A DNA stretch of 64,000 bases, taken from assembly GCA_963713975.1 (NCBI GenBank), contig OY970218.1:1184001-1248000 (forward strand), in the 5' to 3' direction. The notes under the pieces were generated by a model, which made no database searches, was not told the origin of the DNA, and saw nothing but the letters and a program-made list of their open reading frames with translations. The translations under genes and the position numbers were made by a program. Each line of letters starts with the position of its first letter. Within the stretch, counting starts at the first letter, position 1. Source of the DNA: an uncultured Chloroflexia bacterium. GTDB lineage: Bacteria > Chloroflexota > Limnocylindria > Limnocylindrales > CSP1-4. Shown piece after piece: positions 20,289 to 29,512 of the stretch.

Positions 20289-21635
20289 TCAGCGGACACC
20301 CTTCACGGGCAGGATGGCGAACGCGCCGATGATCGCGCAGAGCCCGGCGGCTGCATAGAGCACACCGTAGCTGCCGCTGCCGATGGCCAGGATTGCGGGC
20401 GCGATCGCTGGTGCGATGGCGAACGGGACCGCGCTCGCCATGTTGAACACGCCGAGATCCTTGGCGACATCGTCGTTGTCCGGCAGCACGTCGAGCACAA
20501 GCGCGAGGTCCACAGCGAAGTACATGCCGAAGCCGAGGCCGCTGATGGCCATGCCGACCAGGAAACCGTTGAAGTCGCTGGCGACGGCGATCACGAACAG
20601 CGCGATGCCGTACACGACTGACGCGGCGAAGACGAAGATCTTTCGCCGGCCGGTCCGGTCAGTGAGCTTGCCGCCGATGAGGGAAGCGGCGATGAGGAAC
20701 ACGGACTGGGTTAGCGTGCCGAGGAAGATCTGTTGGGGCACGTCGGCCTCGGCGCTGCCGATCTTGTCGAGCAGGTAGTAGGCCAGGTACGTGACCAGGA
20801 AGGCATAGGCCAGAACGAATAGGAAGCGACTGATGAACGCCCAGGCGAAGTCCGGGCTCTTCCGCGGATCGACGTAGAACGACCTGGTGAATTCCCGGAG
20901 CGACCAGTCTGGCCTGTCCTCTCTGGCAAGCCGGCGATCGTTCAGCGTCACGGCAAAGAGCAGGATGAAGAACCCGCCGATCGCACTCGGGACCAGGAGC
21001 ATCGCGAGTTCGTTACCCGTGAAGAGTCCTACCAGAAATGTGCCGCTGACCGCCGCTATCGGCAGACAGACGCCGACGAGACCGGAGACCATGCCGCGTT
21101 GAACGGTCGGGACTTGATCCGGGATCACCGCGACCTGGGCAGCGAGGAGTGCATTGAAGGACAGCTGGGCGAGGCACCACCCGACGAGGACGACCGGGAT
21201 GGTCGGTGCCAGCCCGACGATGAGGATGCCGATGGAACCGCCCGCCAAGCCGAGGAACAGCCACGGCCGCCGCATGCCCAGCCGCGACGTTGTGCGGTCG
21301 CTCATCCTGCCGAAGAATGGATTGGCGAAGATGGCCAAGAGTGCGCCGACGCCGGCGACAAGCGCCAGGCTGTTCGGCGCCTGGTCGATCCCCACGAGCG
21401 AGTTCACCTTCAATGGCAAGGTCACGAGCAGCGGCGCCAGGAACACGAGGTTCGTTCCGATGAACGCTAGCGTGTACAGCGAGATGAAAACCCAGCCAAC
21501 CCGGTGTGCCGCCGGCGACGCTGGCGCGAGCGCGACCTCGGCTGCGGTTCGGTACGGCATCGCGTCCAGCCCGGCGGTGGGAGGCACATGGGGCTGGCTT
21601 GGCCCGCTTGGGAGCGGACCGGAAGGCTTCGGCAT
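20289..21635 (-). CDS. MFS transporter
   Basis: GRMSDRT..GMRRPW and GKLTDRTGRRK motifs; about 12 TM helices. Confidence 0.92.
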   Translation of the reverse strand: MPKPSGPLPSGPSQPHVPPTAGLDAMPYRTAAEVALAPASPAAHRVGWVFISLYTLAFIGTNLVFLAPLLVTLPLKVNSLVGIDQAPNSLALVAGVGALLAIFANPFFGRMSDRTTSRLGMRRPWLFLGLAGGSIGILIVGLAPTIPVVLVGWCLAQLSFNALLAAQVAVIPDQVPTVQRGMVSGLVGVCLPIAAVSGTFLVGLFTGNELAMLLVPSAIGGFFILLFAVTLNDRRLAREDRPDWSLREFTRSFYVDPRKSPDFAWAFISRFLFVLAYAFLVTYLAYYLLDKIGSAEADVPQQIFLGTLTQSVFLIAASLIGGKLTDRTGRRKIFVFAASVVYGIALFVIAVASDFNGFLVGMAISGLGFGMYFAVDLALVLDVLPDNDDVAKDLGVFNMASAVPFAIAPAIAPAILAIGSGSYGVLYAAAGLCAIIGAFAILPVKGVR

Positions 21636-21894
21636 TGCGCTCCCTTCAGGGGTCGGCGGATACGCAGTGTGACAGCAAGGCGGTCCGTGACCGGGCGCAG
21701 TCGTCCTCGGGCTCATCACCCGCAGCCAAGTGAGCCCGGTGTGAGGGACGGGTCGCGTAAGCCGAGCTGACGGCGCGTCGTCGCTGGGCTCTCAAGTCCG
21801 CCTGCGAGCAGCCGGCGCAGATTTCTGGCCCGATCCATTCCTATTGCCCCGCATATGGCGCATCATCGAACGCCCCTGCGGAGCAGCCGAACTG

Positions 21895-22230
21895 ACAACG
21901 CTGGACAACGCACCCCCGCTGATCGAGACGAAGTTCTACGTCCCCAGGCGCCGAGGCGTGGTCGCACGTCCGAGACTGCACGAGCGTCTGTCCCGCGGGG
22001 TCGAGTCGAAGCTGTCGTTGGTCTCCGCCCCGGCAGGCTTCGGCAAGACGACGCTCCTAGCCGAATGGCTCGCCTCCGCTCCGAGCGGCCGAAGGTCGGT
22101 GGCGTGGCTCTCGCTCGACCCAGGCGACAACGAGCCCACCTCCTTCTGGGCTTACGTGATCGCGGCGCTGCAGGTGGCGGCGCCGGGGGTCGGCGCGAAT
22201 TCTCTCCCGCTGCTGCGGGACCCGCCAAGG
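21895..22230 (+). pseudogene. N-terminal fragment of a MalT-like LuxR regulator
   Basis: LIETKFYVP..RPRL..VSAPAGFGKTTLL..WLSLD. Truncated just before the hairpin and att copy 4. Confidence 0.8.
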
Positions 22231-22251
22231 GCTACTGGCGCAACCTACGAC

Positions 22252-22278
22252 GAGACCCCGGCCGATGGCCGGGGTCTC
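22252..22278 (-). terminator. Perfect 12-bp hairpin, probable terminator downstream of the tRNA fragment
   Basis: GAGACCCCGGCC-GAT-GGCCGGGGTCTC. No poly-U tail. Confidence 0.6.
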
Positions 22279-22290
22279 CAGCGACTGACT

Positions 22291-22335
22291 GACTCACATG
22301 TCCCGACTCATGTGACTCATATGTCGCGACTCATG
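22291..22335. repeat. 22-bp tandem duplication containing four GACTCA motifs
   Basis: GACTCACATGTCCCGACTCATG (22291) and GACTCATATGTCGCGACTCATG (22314). Confidence 0.8.
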
Positions 22336-22338
22336 ACA

Positions 22339-22363
22339 TGGCGCGCCCGACAGGAGTCAAACC
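22339..22363 (-). repeat. tRNA-Arg 3'-end fragment (att site, copy 4), probable left boundary of the island
   Basis: The minus strand reads GGTTTGACTCCTGTCGGGCGCGCCA: T-arm, acceptor 3' strand CGGGCGC, discriminator G and CCA, typical of tRNA-Arg. No 5' half is present. Confidence 0.75.
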
Positions 22364-22592
22364 GCCGGGTACCCACTCTGGATTCAAGTCGATCCCGATC
22401 GCGGGCGCGCACGATTGGGAGGTCGGAACAATGCGCAGCGCGTAGCCGTGTTCGAGCGCTGGTCGACACCTGGACTGAAAGCTGCTGAAGCGGGACGCGT
22501 GCCATTGACAATTCGCCCAGCGAGTTCCCTGGGAGCGCGGCGCCCACAGGTTGGCGTGAACGCCCATGCCGAGATGGGAATCGGCGTCGGCG

Positions 22593-23807
22593 ATGATCCT
22601 CACGAATCGCCCGCTCGTGCCCTCTTCGTCCGACTATCATCTGGCCATTCGGTCGGCGCCGGTTCGGGGGGCATCCTTGAGCTCAGAACGTTTCGACGCG
22701 TGGGGGCTCCGCGGAGCATCCCCCATCGCCGAACCGCGCCTGCGGCTGAACGTCGTATGCCCCTACTACACGATGTTTCCGCTGTCCTTCCCGCTTGCTG
22801 CGCTGGCGGACGCCCAAGTTGGTGACGCGGTTCTGGACCCATTCTGCGGGCGGGGGACGACCGCGTACGCGGCCCGGCTGCGGGGCATGAGGTCGGTGGG
22901 AGTCGACGCAGACGCTGTGGCAGTCGCGGTTGCGAGGGCGAAGCTCGCATCCGGCTCGCCTGAGCAGGTCGAGGCCCGATTAGAGGAGCTCTTGGGGACA
23001 GTGCCCATACCGGCACACGTGCCCACTGGGGACTTCTGGAAGCTGGCATTCGACCACGGGACCCTGCTGGACATCTGCCGTGTCCGGGAAGCCCTCCTCA
23101 CCCGTGACACGGCCTCCGACGTGCTGCTTCGGGCGATCCTCCTCGGCGTGCTCCACGGACCGCAATCGGTCAAAGCGCCCAACTACCTGTCGAACCAGAT
23201 GCCGCGCACGTATGCGACGAAGCCCGGACCGGCCGTGAGCTACTGGATTCGAACCGGGCACCTCGCCAGGCGCGTCAACATTCGCGAGGTGGTGCGCCGA
23301 CGTGCGCGGTACATCCTGCGCGACGTGCCGGACGTGTCCTTCGGGAGGGTGCTGCGTGGCGATTCGCGGCGCCTCCTTGACCTCGGCATAGTCGAGCGAT
23401 TCGACTACGTCGTGACTTCCCCGCCATACCTCGGAATGCGGAGCTACCGGCCCGACCAGTGGTTGCGGCACTGGTTCCTCGGCGGCCCTGAGGACGTGGA
23501 CTACGGTATGACCGACATGATGTCGCCGCGGCTCGAGTCGTTCTCATCGGAATTGGCCAAGGTCTGGCATGGGGTAGCGAAGCTGAGCAGGCCGAGAGCC
23601 TCACTGACCGTCCGCTTCGGCGCGCTTCCCAGCGTCAAGGCCGATCCGGAGCGCGTCATGCGTGCGTCCTTGGTAGACACGGGCTGGGAAGTCACCTCAG
23701 TGAGGTCCGCGGGCACGGCGTCTGCGGGCAAACGTCAGGCGAACCACATGAACAACATTGGCGAGCCGGCGGACGAGATCGACCTCCGCGCTCGCTTGAT
23801 CGCTTGA
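22593..23807 (+). CDS. Amino-DNA methyltransferase (N4-C/N6-A)
   Basis: CPYYTMFP, SAM-binding DPFCGRGTT and catalytic VVTSPPY. Start uncertain. Confidence 0.88.
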   Translation: MILTNRPLVPSSSDYHLAIRSAPVRGASLSSERFDAWGLRGASPIAEPRLRLNVVCPYYTMFPLSFPLAALADAQVGDAVLDPFCGRGTTAYAARLRGMRSVGVDADAVAVAVARAKLASGSPEQVEARLEELLGTVPIPAHVPTGDFWKLAFDHGTLLDICRVREALLTRDTASDVLLRAILLGVLHGPQSVKAPNYLSNQMPRTYATKPGPAVSYWIRTGHLARRVNIREVVRRRARYILRDVPDVSFGRVLRGDSRRLLDLGIVERFDYVVTSPPYLGMRSYRPDQWLRHWFLGGPEDVDYGMTDMMSPRLESFSSELAKVWHGVAKLSRPRASLTVRFGALPSVKADPERVMRASLVDTGWEVTSVRSAGTASAGKRQANHMNNIGEPADEIDLRARLIA

Positions 23808-24970
23808 TGTTCGACGACGAGAGCCTGCCGCGGATCCGGGCGGCAATCCGTGAGCAAACTGTCGGCGACCGTGTCTTGCTCGACGGCATTCGCTCGGAGG
23901 TAAGGCCAGTTGCCGGGAACGTGAGAGCTATGCGCCCGCGGACCGCAACTGCCGTCTCGCTCGTTGCCAGTGATGGCGGCAACAACAAGCTCGAGTTCGA
24001 TCCGTTCTACGTCCAGCTCGTTCGGGTTGTCGATTCCTACGGGAAGGAGCTCTTCTTCGACGTGATTTCGCCGTCCACGGACACCGATGAACTCAGCAAT
24101 CGGCAGTTCGATGCCGACGGTGCCCCGCAGACAGCCCTGGGTCTCCTAATGAAGGACCTAGGGGTCGACCGACTATACCGATTGAGCCCGATGATCCCGA
24201 CCGGTAGGAAGACGCGCGAAGAACCAGAGAAGGTCGCCCCGGGTTGGGTGATGACCTACCGGGACCTGTGCGAGTGGGCGGTCCTCTACGAGCGCATCGT
24301 AACGACCAGGTTCGGCACCGACACCCTCATCGTCCGCGACGGCTTCCTTCGCTCGAAGGTCTTCTCAGGCGACCTGTTTGTCAAGATGGGCGAGCATGTG
24401 CAGGCAGCGATCGACCGGATCTACCGCCAGGATCGACTCCGGGTCTTTCTCGTCGGACTGGCTAAGCACAGCCAAGTGCTCACGCGATACAGCCTTGCGA
24501 TGGCCATCGAGGGCACTCTGCCTCCTGGTGAGCCCAGGTACCTCCCGATTCCACGAGAGATGGAGGCTCGGGCGTACCGCTGGTCTGAGTACGCCCGTGG
24601 GCGCGAGGACGAGGCTGCCAGGGAGGGTGAAGCCGCCAAGTTCGTCCTTGGTTCGATGTACTTTGCCCGCTTCGGGAAAATGGCTGGCGACCCGGTGTGG
24701 GCGATCGACCTCCTAAGCTCCCAGACTGGGGCGGCGGCGGAGATCTTCGGCTATCTACTGCAGGATGCCATCGATGGTTTCCCGGTCCCGTACTACCCGC
24801 GGTGCCTGCAGCGCGCCCACGAGCACGCTCAGATCGTCGACTTCGACCTCCAGATACTTCAGGACGAGGTCTATCGGGCCGTCCGAGACCTTCTCCCTGG
24901 TGACAAGCAACCGGTACTCGACGCGCTGCAGCTGGGCGTGGGCGATGTCGCCGCAAGGAGGTATGGGTGA
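23807..24970 (+). CDS. nurA: NurA-family nuclease
   Basis: VASDGG, LIVRDGFL, VGLAKHS and YP..L..AHEHA motifs. TGATG coupling with the MTase; directly upstream of HerA. Confidence 0.8.
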   Translation: MFDDESLPRIRAAIREQTVGDRVLLDGIRSEVRPVAGNVRAMRPRTATAVSLVASDGGNNKLEFDPFYVQLVRVVDSYGKELFFDVISPSTDTDELSNRQFDADGAPQTALGLLMKDLGVDRLYRLSPMIPTGRKTREEPEKVAPGWVMTYRDLCEWAVLYERIVTTRFGTDTLIVRDGFLRSKVFSGDLFVKMGEHVQAAIDRIYRQDRLRVFLVGLAKHSQVLTRYSLAMAIEGTLPPGEPRYLPIPREMEARAYRWSEYARGREDEAAREGEAAKFVLGSMYFARFGKMAGDPVWAIDLLSSQTGAAAEIFGYLLQDAIDGFPVPYYPRCLQRAHEHAQIVDFDLQILQDEVYRAVRDLLPGDKQPVLDALQLGVGDVAARRYG

Positions 24971-27099
24971 GGATCTTCCCGAAGGACAAGGTTGTCGGGA
25001 TCTTTCGGGGATTCAGCGAGGGCGGGCTCGAGTTCCACGCGGATCTCGTCCTCCCGTACCGCCCCGAGTTCCAGGCCTCGCCCATGCATGGCCAGTTCGT
25101 CGTGGTCGCGCTCGAGTCCGATGACGAGGCCGTCCTTGGCAGGATCACCTCAGTCAGCGCCCAAGGCCGCCTCGCCTCTGGTCCAGGTGAGGACTACAGC
25201 CTTCGGGCTGTCCGCGACGAGCGGTCTGTTCCGGAAGACCTTCGCGAGCAATACTTGAAATACCAGGTCGACATCCGGGTCCTCGGGGTGATTCGTGCGG
25301 TGAACGGCGAGGTCGTCTACGCGGCATCGCATCGACGACTCCCCCACGTCGGCAGCAAGGTCGCCTTTCTCGGCGACGAGCTCGTCTGCGAACTTGCCGG
25401 GGCAAACGCTGAGGGAGCCGAGCTTGGCTACTTCGCGCTCGGTGAGTTCATCTATGCGGGCGCAGACGAGAGATTCCAGGCGGAGCCGTGGATGCGGATG
25501 ATGGCGCCGCGGGTGACGCCGAAGTTCCCGGTCCAGCAATTGGTTTCGCGTCGGACCTTCGTCTTCGCGAGGGCGGGCTTCGGGAAGTCGAATCTCGTGA
25601 AACTCCTGTTCAGCGACCTTTACAGCCAGACGCCGACCGTCGAGAAGCGCGGTGGTCGACGCGTACCGGTTGGGACGGTCATCTTCGACCCCGACGGCGA
25701 GTACTTCTGGCCGGACGACAAGAATCGGCCCGGTCTGTGCGACGTACCAGGCCTGCGCGACCAAATCGTCGTTTTCACCAACCGAAAGGGTCCAAGCGCC
25801 TACTACCAGTCGTTCGTGGTGGGCGGGATCAAGCTCGACATCCGTCGCCTACGGCCGGCGGATGTTGTCGCGATCGCCCTCGCCCCTGAGAAGCAGGATC
25901 AGCAGAACGTGCGGAAGCTGAAGGGCCTGAGCGACGGCCGCTGGACACAGCTTGTCGACGAGATCTACCGAAACGGAAACAACGCGGACGAGCAGAAGCT
26001 GATCGAGATCCTAGGGCTGCAGGATCGCCAGGAGATGGAACTCTACGCAGCCCGAGCAAACATGACAGAGATCGTTCGGATGCTCCACGATCCGAGCAGC
26101 CAGATGATGGATATGCTCCTCGCGGCACTTCGCGACGGGAAGCTATGCGTCATTGATGTCTCCCAGATGCGGGGAACTCCCGCACTCGTTCTCTCGGGCC
26201 TAGTCCTCAATCGCATCTTCGACCACAACCAGCAGGAGTTCACCGAGGCTGCCCCTAAGACGATCCCGACAATCGCGGTCGTCGAGGAGGCACAGTCGGT
26301 CCTGTCGAACACGGGAAGCTCCGGATCAGGGCCCTACATCTCGTGGGTGAAGGAGGGCCGCAAGTACGACCTAGGCGCCGTCTTGATCACGCAGCAGCCG
26401 GGGAGCATTCCTCAGGAGATCCTCAGCCAGGGCGACAACTGGTTCATCTTTCACCTGTTGTCGGCTGGGGATCTCGCAGCCGCGAAACGTGCAAACGCTC
26501 ACTTCAGCGACGACCTCCTCAGTTCGCTGCTGAACGAACCGCTCCCAGGACACGGCATCTTCTGGAGCTCTGCCGGGGGCCGGGCCTACCCAGTGCCAAT
26601 CCGCGTTCTTCTGTTCGAATCGCTTTACCACCCATCCGATCCAACGTACACAAGAGATGCCGAGGACACCTACGCTGCCGGCCTCCGGGAGCGCTTCAGG
26701 AACACCGTCTCGCAGGTAAGCGATGCCGCGGGTGGGGCGACAGAAACACCCGCATCCGCCGATGATACGGCCACCGACGAACATACGATCGACTTCCTCG
26801 AGACCCTTAAGGAGTCGGCGATCCGCAAGGTCGAGAGGGACGGCGAGGTAGGCCGGCGCGTGAGGGGCGGCGGCATGCCATGGCGCGGGGTGGTGCAGTC
26901 CCTCGAGGACGCGCTACCCGACGAGATCGATGACAAGAACAATCTCGCCTACCAACTCGTGCGGCCCGCCCTCGACCAAATCCTCGGCCTTAACGGCTGG
27001 CATACAGAGCGCCGCGAGTCTAGATCAGTGGCCGGCAGGACGACCGTGTGGGTCGTTATGGGTCCCGAGCCTGCAGCTGATCGTCCTGCAGAGTCCTAA
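24967..27099 (+). CDS. herA: HerA-family ATPase (HAS-barrel plus DUF87)
   Basis: Walker A ARAGFGKS, IFDPDGEY, Walker B VVEEAQ, EGRKY arginine finger and ITQQP. GTGA coupling. Confidence 0.9.
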   Translation: MRIFPKDKVVGIFRGFSEGGLEFHADLVLPYRPEFQASPMHGQFVVVALESDDEAVLGRITSVSAQGRLASGPGEDYSLRAVRDERSVPEDLREQYLKYQVDIRVLGVIRAVNGEVVYAASHRRLPHVGSKVAFLGDELVCELAGANAEGAELGYFALGEFIYAGADERFQAEPWMRMMAPRVTPKFPVQQLVSRRTFVFARAGFGKSNLVKLLFSDLYSQTPTVEKRGGRRVPVGTVIFDPDGEYFWPDDKNRPGLCDVPGLRDQIVVFTNRKGPSAYYQSFVVGGIKLDIRRLRPADVVAIALAPEKQDQQNVRKLKGLSDGRWTQLVDEIYRNGNNADEQKLIEILGLQDRQEMELYAARANMTEIVRMLHDPSSQMMDMLLAALRDGKLCVIDVSQMRGTPALVLSGLVLNRIFDHNQQEFTEAAPKTIPTIAVVEEAQSVLSNTGSSGSGPYISWVKEGRKYDLGAVLITQQPGSIPQEILSQGDNWFIFHLLSAGDLAAAKRANAHFSDDLLSSLLNEPLPGHGIFWSSAGGRAYPVPIRVLLFESLYHPSDPTYTRDAEDTYAAGLRERFRNTVSQVSDAAGGATETPASADDTATDEHTIDFLETLKESAIRKVERDGEVGRRVRGGGMPWRGVVQSLEDALPDEIDDKNNLAYQLVRPALDQILGLNGWHTERRESRSVAGRTTVWVVMGPEPAADRPAES

Positions 27100-27158
27100 G
27101 CGCAAACGGGAAGTCTAAAGTCCCACTCCGGGGCATCGCGAAGGTTCTCGAGCGTTCG

Positions 27159-27710
27159 ATGAGCGCGGACACGATCGGACGCTGGGAGCGCCGAGGCGAA
27201 GAAGGCCGCGAAGGGCGTCGGGGCGTCCTATCAGCCGGTCGGCTTGCCCGTGGACGAGATGCTGCACCCGTGATCATCTACGAGCCAGTCGAGGCCCACG
27301 CGCCACTCGGCGAGGATGACTACTGCGCGGCCCATGACCGCGAGCCGGGCCGCGACCGTTGGGACGCCGACGCGTATCACCGCAGACTCGCGGCCAGCGG
27401 CACCCGGGCCTGGCAGATCACCACCACGGGAGCGCGTGCGTTGTGGATCCAAGCCAGGGCTGGGTTCTCGTTCGCGGACGTCGGTCCCGAGCATGAGCCG
27501 TCGGCGCTGATCGCCCTCGCGCCCGGCACTCGGCTGCGCCTCGACTCTGTCAAGGTCGAGCGCTGCTACACACCCGAGGACCACGAGTCCACGACACGGC
27601 GTTTCTGCGTCCTCGACGGGCCTTTCGCGGGCACATGCTGGAGCGCCAACGAGTCGGTCGCGCACGGGTCCGACTGGCGCTCGGACGACCCTGTCGACCC
27701 GCTCGCCTGA
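27159..27710 (+). CDS. Hypothetical protein
   Basis: Plausible ORF between genes; no recognised motif. Confidence 0.5.
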   Translation: MSADTIGRWERRGEEGREGRRGVLSAGRLARGRDAAPVIIYEPVEAHAPLGEDDYCAAHDREPGRDRWDADAYHRRLAASGTRAWQITTTGARALWIQARAGFSFADVGPEHEPSALIALAPGTRLRLDSVKVERCYTPEDHESTTRRFCVLDGPFAGTCWSANESVAHGSDWRSDDPVDPLA

Positions 27711-27742
27711 GCGGTCGCGGATGCGCGATCGTGTCGACAGCC

Positions 27743-28202
27743 ATGACTGATCCGCGACTCGTGGCCTTCACATATCCAGGCGAGGACAAGCCGGTCGGCG
27801 TGATCGAGCGCGGGATGGCGCCAGACGTGGTCGGCATCATCGTCTCGGCCGCCGCCGCTGTTCGCCGCAGCCTCGACGCATTCCCTGGCCGCCGGATTGG
27901 ACTGCCGCCATGCCTGCAGGGTGTGGGAGGTGGTTCTGAGGGACGAGAGACTCGCCGTGTGGACGAACGGCGGCGAGGGCGTGGACGACGACGTGGTGTC
28001 GTCCGACTACCGCATAGTGCCCCTCGACAAGCGCAGCGGCTATCGGGAGCGCGACGGCCAGGTTCACCGGCACTACTGGCTCGAGATCGGCCCCGAACGT
28101 TTCCTCTTCGACCCGACGGCCCACCAGTTCGACGACACAGGCGGCGTCTCGCTCGACCGGTACACGGTCAACGGCGAGGCCCTAAACCCTGCTGGCGAAT
28201 AG
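27743..28202 (+). pseudogene. Papain/transglutaminase-like fold protein, frameshifted near 27890
   Basis: C..AC...HYWLEI..FLFDPTAHQF gives a Cys-His-Asp pattern. Confidence 0.5.
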
Positions 28203-28220
28203 GTCGGCGGCAGGCCGCCG

Positions 28221-28905
28221 CTATGCAGTCGCCCGTGGCAGGGTGAAGCCCGCGGCCTCGAGGACGGCGTTGAGGCGATCGTCGGCGATCCGGCGCTGCT
28301 CGTAGACGGCCGTCGCTACGAAGATCAGGCCTCCCTCGTTCTCCGCGATCAGCGCGTCGGCGCGGACCTCGGCGTCGGCGACGAGTTCTTGGATCCGCAC
28401 GATCGTGCGGGTCTTGACGTCCGACGTGAGATAGCCGTGCGGGAGACCGTCCTCGCCGCGGCAGAGGTCCGGGCCGCCGAAGCCCGCCTTGATGAACCGC
28501 ATCGCGATCGCCGTGGCGGTGTCGTAGTCGTTCTCGCAGCCGCTGGTGTGCTCCCCTAGGATGCATCGCTCCGCTGCGGCCCCGGCCATCGCAACCAGGA
28601 GTGTGTCGAGCATTCGGCCCTTGGTCTCCCAGGGCACCGATGTGTCCTCGAACGGCCCGCCGAGCATGGTCGCCCCGCCGTGGCGAAGGGGTGATGTCAA
28701 TGCCGCGCACCAGCACCTTGGTCGGCGAGGCCGCGGCGGCAATGGCATGCCCCTATTCGTGGATGGCCACGAGCCGCTGGCTGGCGTCCCACGCGAGGAT
28801 GTGGTCGCGGGCCGCCGGGCGGACGGTCATCTCGACCATCTCGGTGTTGGACTTGAGGGCCGGGATCGTCAGGGCTGTCGTGCCCGTCTGCGCTTCTTCG
28901 TTCAT
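28221..28905 (-). pseudogene. FtsH-like peptidase M41 domain remnant
   Basis: VAIHE*GHAIAA has TAG within HExGH, followed by LLVAMAGAAAER..TSGCENDYDTAT. No AAA domain. Confidence 0.75.
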
Positions 28906-29040
28906 GCAATTCACGCTGCGGCAGAAGGCTCGCAAACGCAATGGGGTCCGGGATCAAGCGTCCGCGAATTTGACGGCCGGCCGCTCAGGCCGAGGGTCCG
29001 GCATCCAGACCACCGTCCCGCCCTGAAGAAGGACCTCGTC

Positions 29041-29479
29041 ATGACAATCCGGATCCCCGCCGCCTGCGCGGTTGCCTTGCTCGCCGCCGCATGCGGCGCC
29101 CCGCAGCACTCGATCACAGGCATTGTCGTTCTCGAAGACAGCGCGTCGGCGTTCTACAACGGCCTCACCGATGGCGTGGTCACATCTCCAGACGGTTGGA
29201 AGGGGATCGACGGCTACGACGACATCGCCCGCGGCGCGGTCATCAAGTTGGTCAACGAGGCCGACACCGTCCTAGCCGTCGGCTCCCTGGGCATCGGGGT
29301 CCTGGGCACCGATGGCAAGCCGGGAGAGAACGGGTGCACCTTCCCGTTCACGTTCGAGAAGGTTGGCCGATGCAATGTCCTACTCCGTGACGATCGGCAC
29401 TCGCGGCGGACCGGACTGGACGCAGGCCCAGATGGAGTCGAACCACTGGAACATGGCGCTCACGCTCGGCACGTCCTAG
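29041..29479 (+). pseudogene. Lipoprotein, frameshifted near 29365
   Basis: Lipobox LAAAC and GYDDI..G..CTFPFTF; continues in another frame as YSVTIGTRG..LTLG*. Confidence 0.55.
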
Positions 29480-29512
29480 CGCCGATTCTTGCCACACTTC
29501 AGGCCGGCGGCC

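Noticed and set aside
22339-22420. Intact tRNA-Arg gene
   Set aside because: Only about 25 nt of the 3' end match. There is no anticodon arm or D arm.
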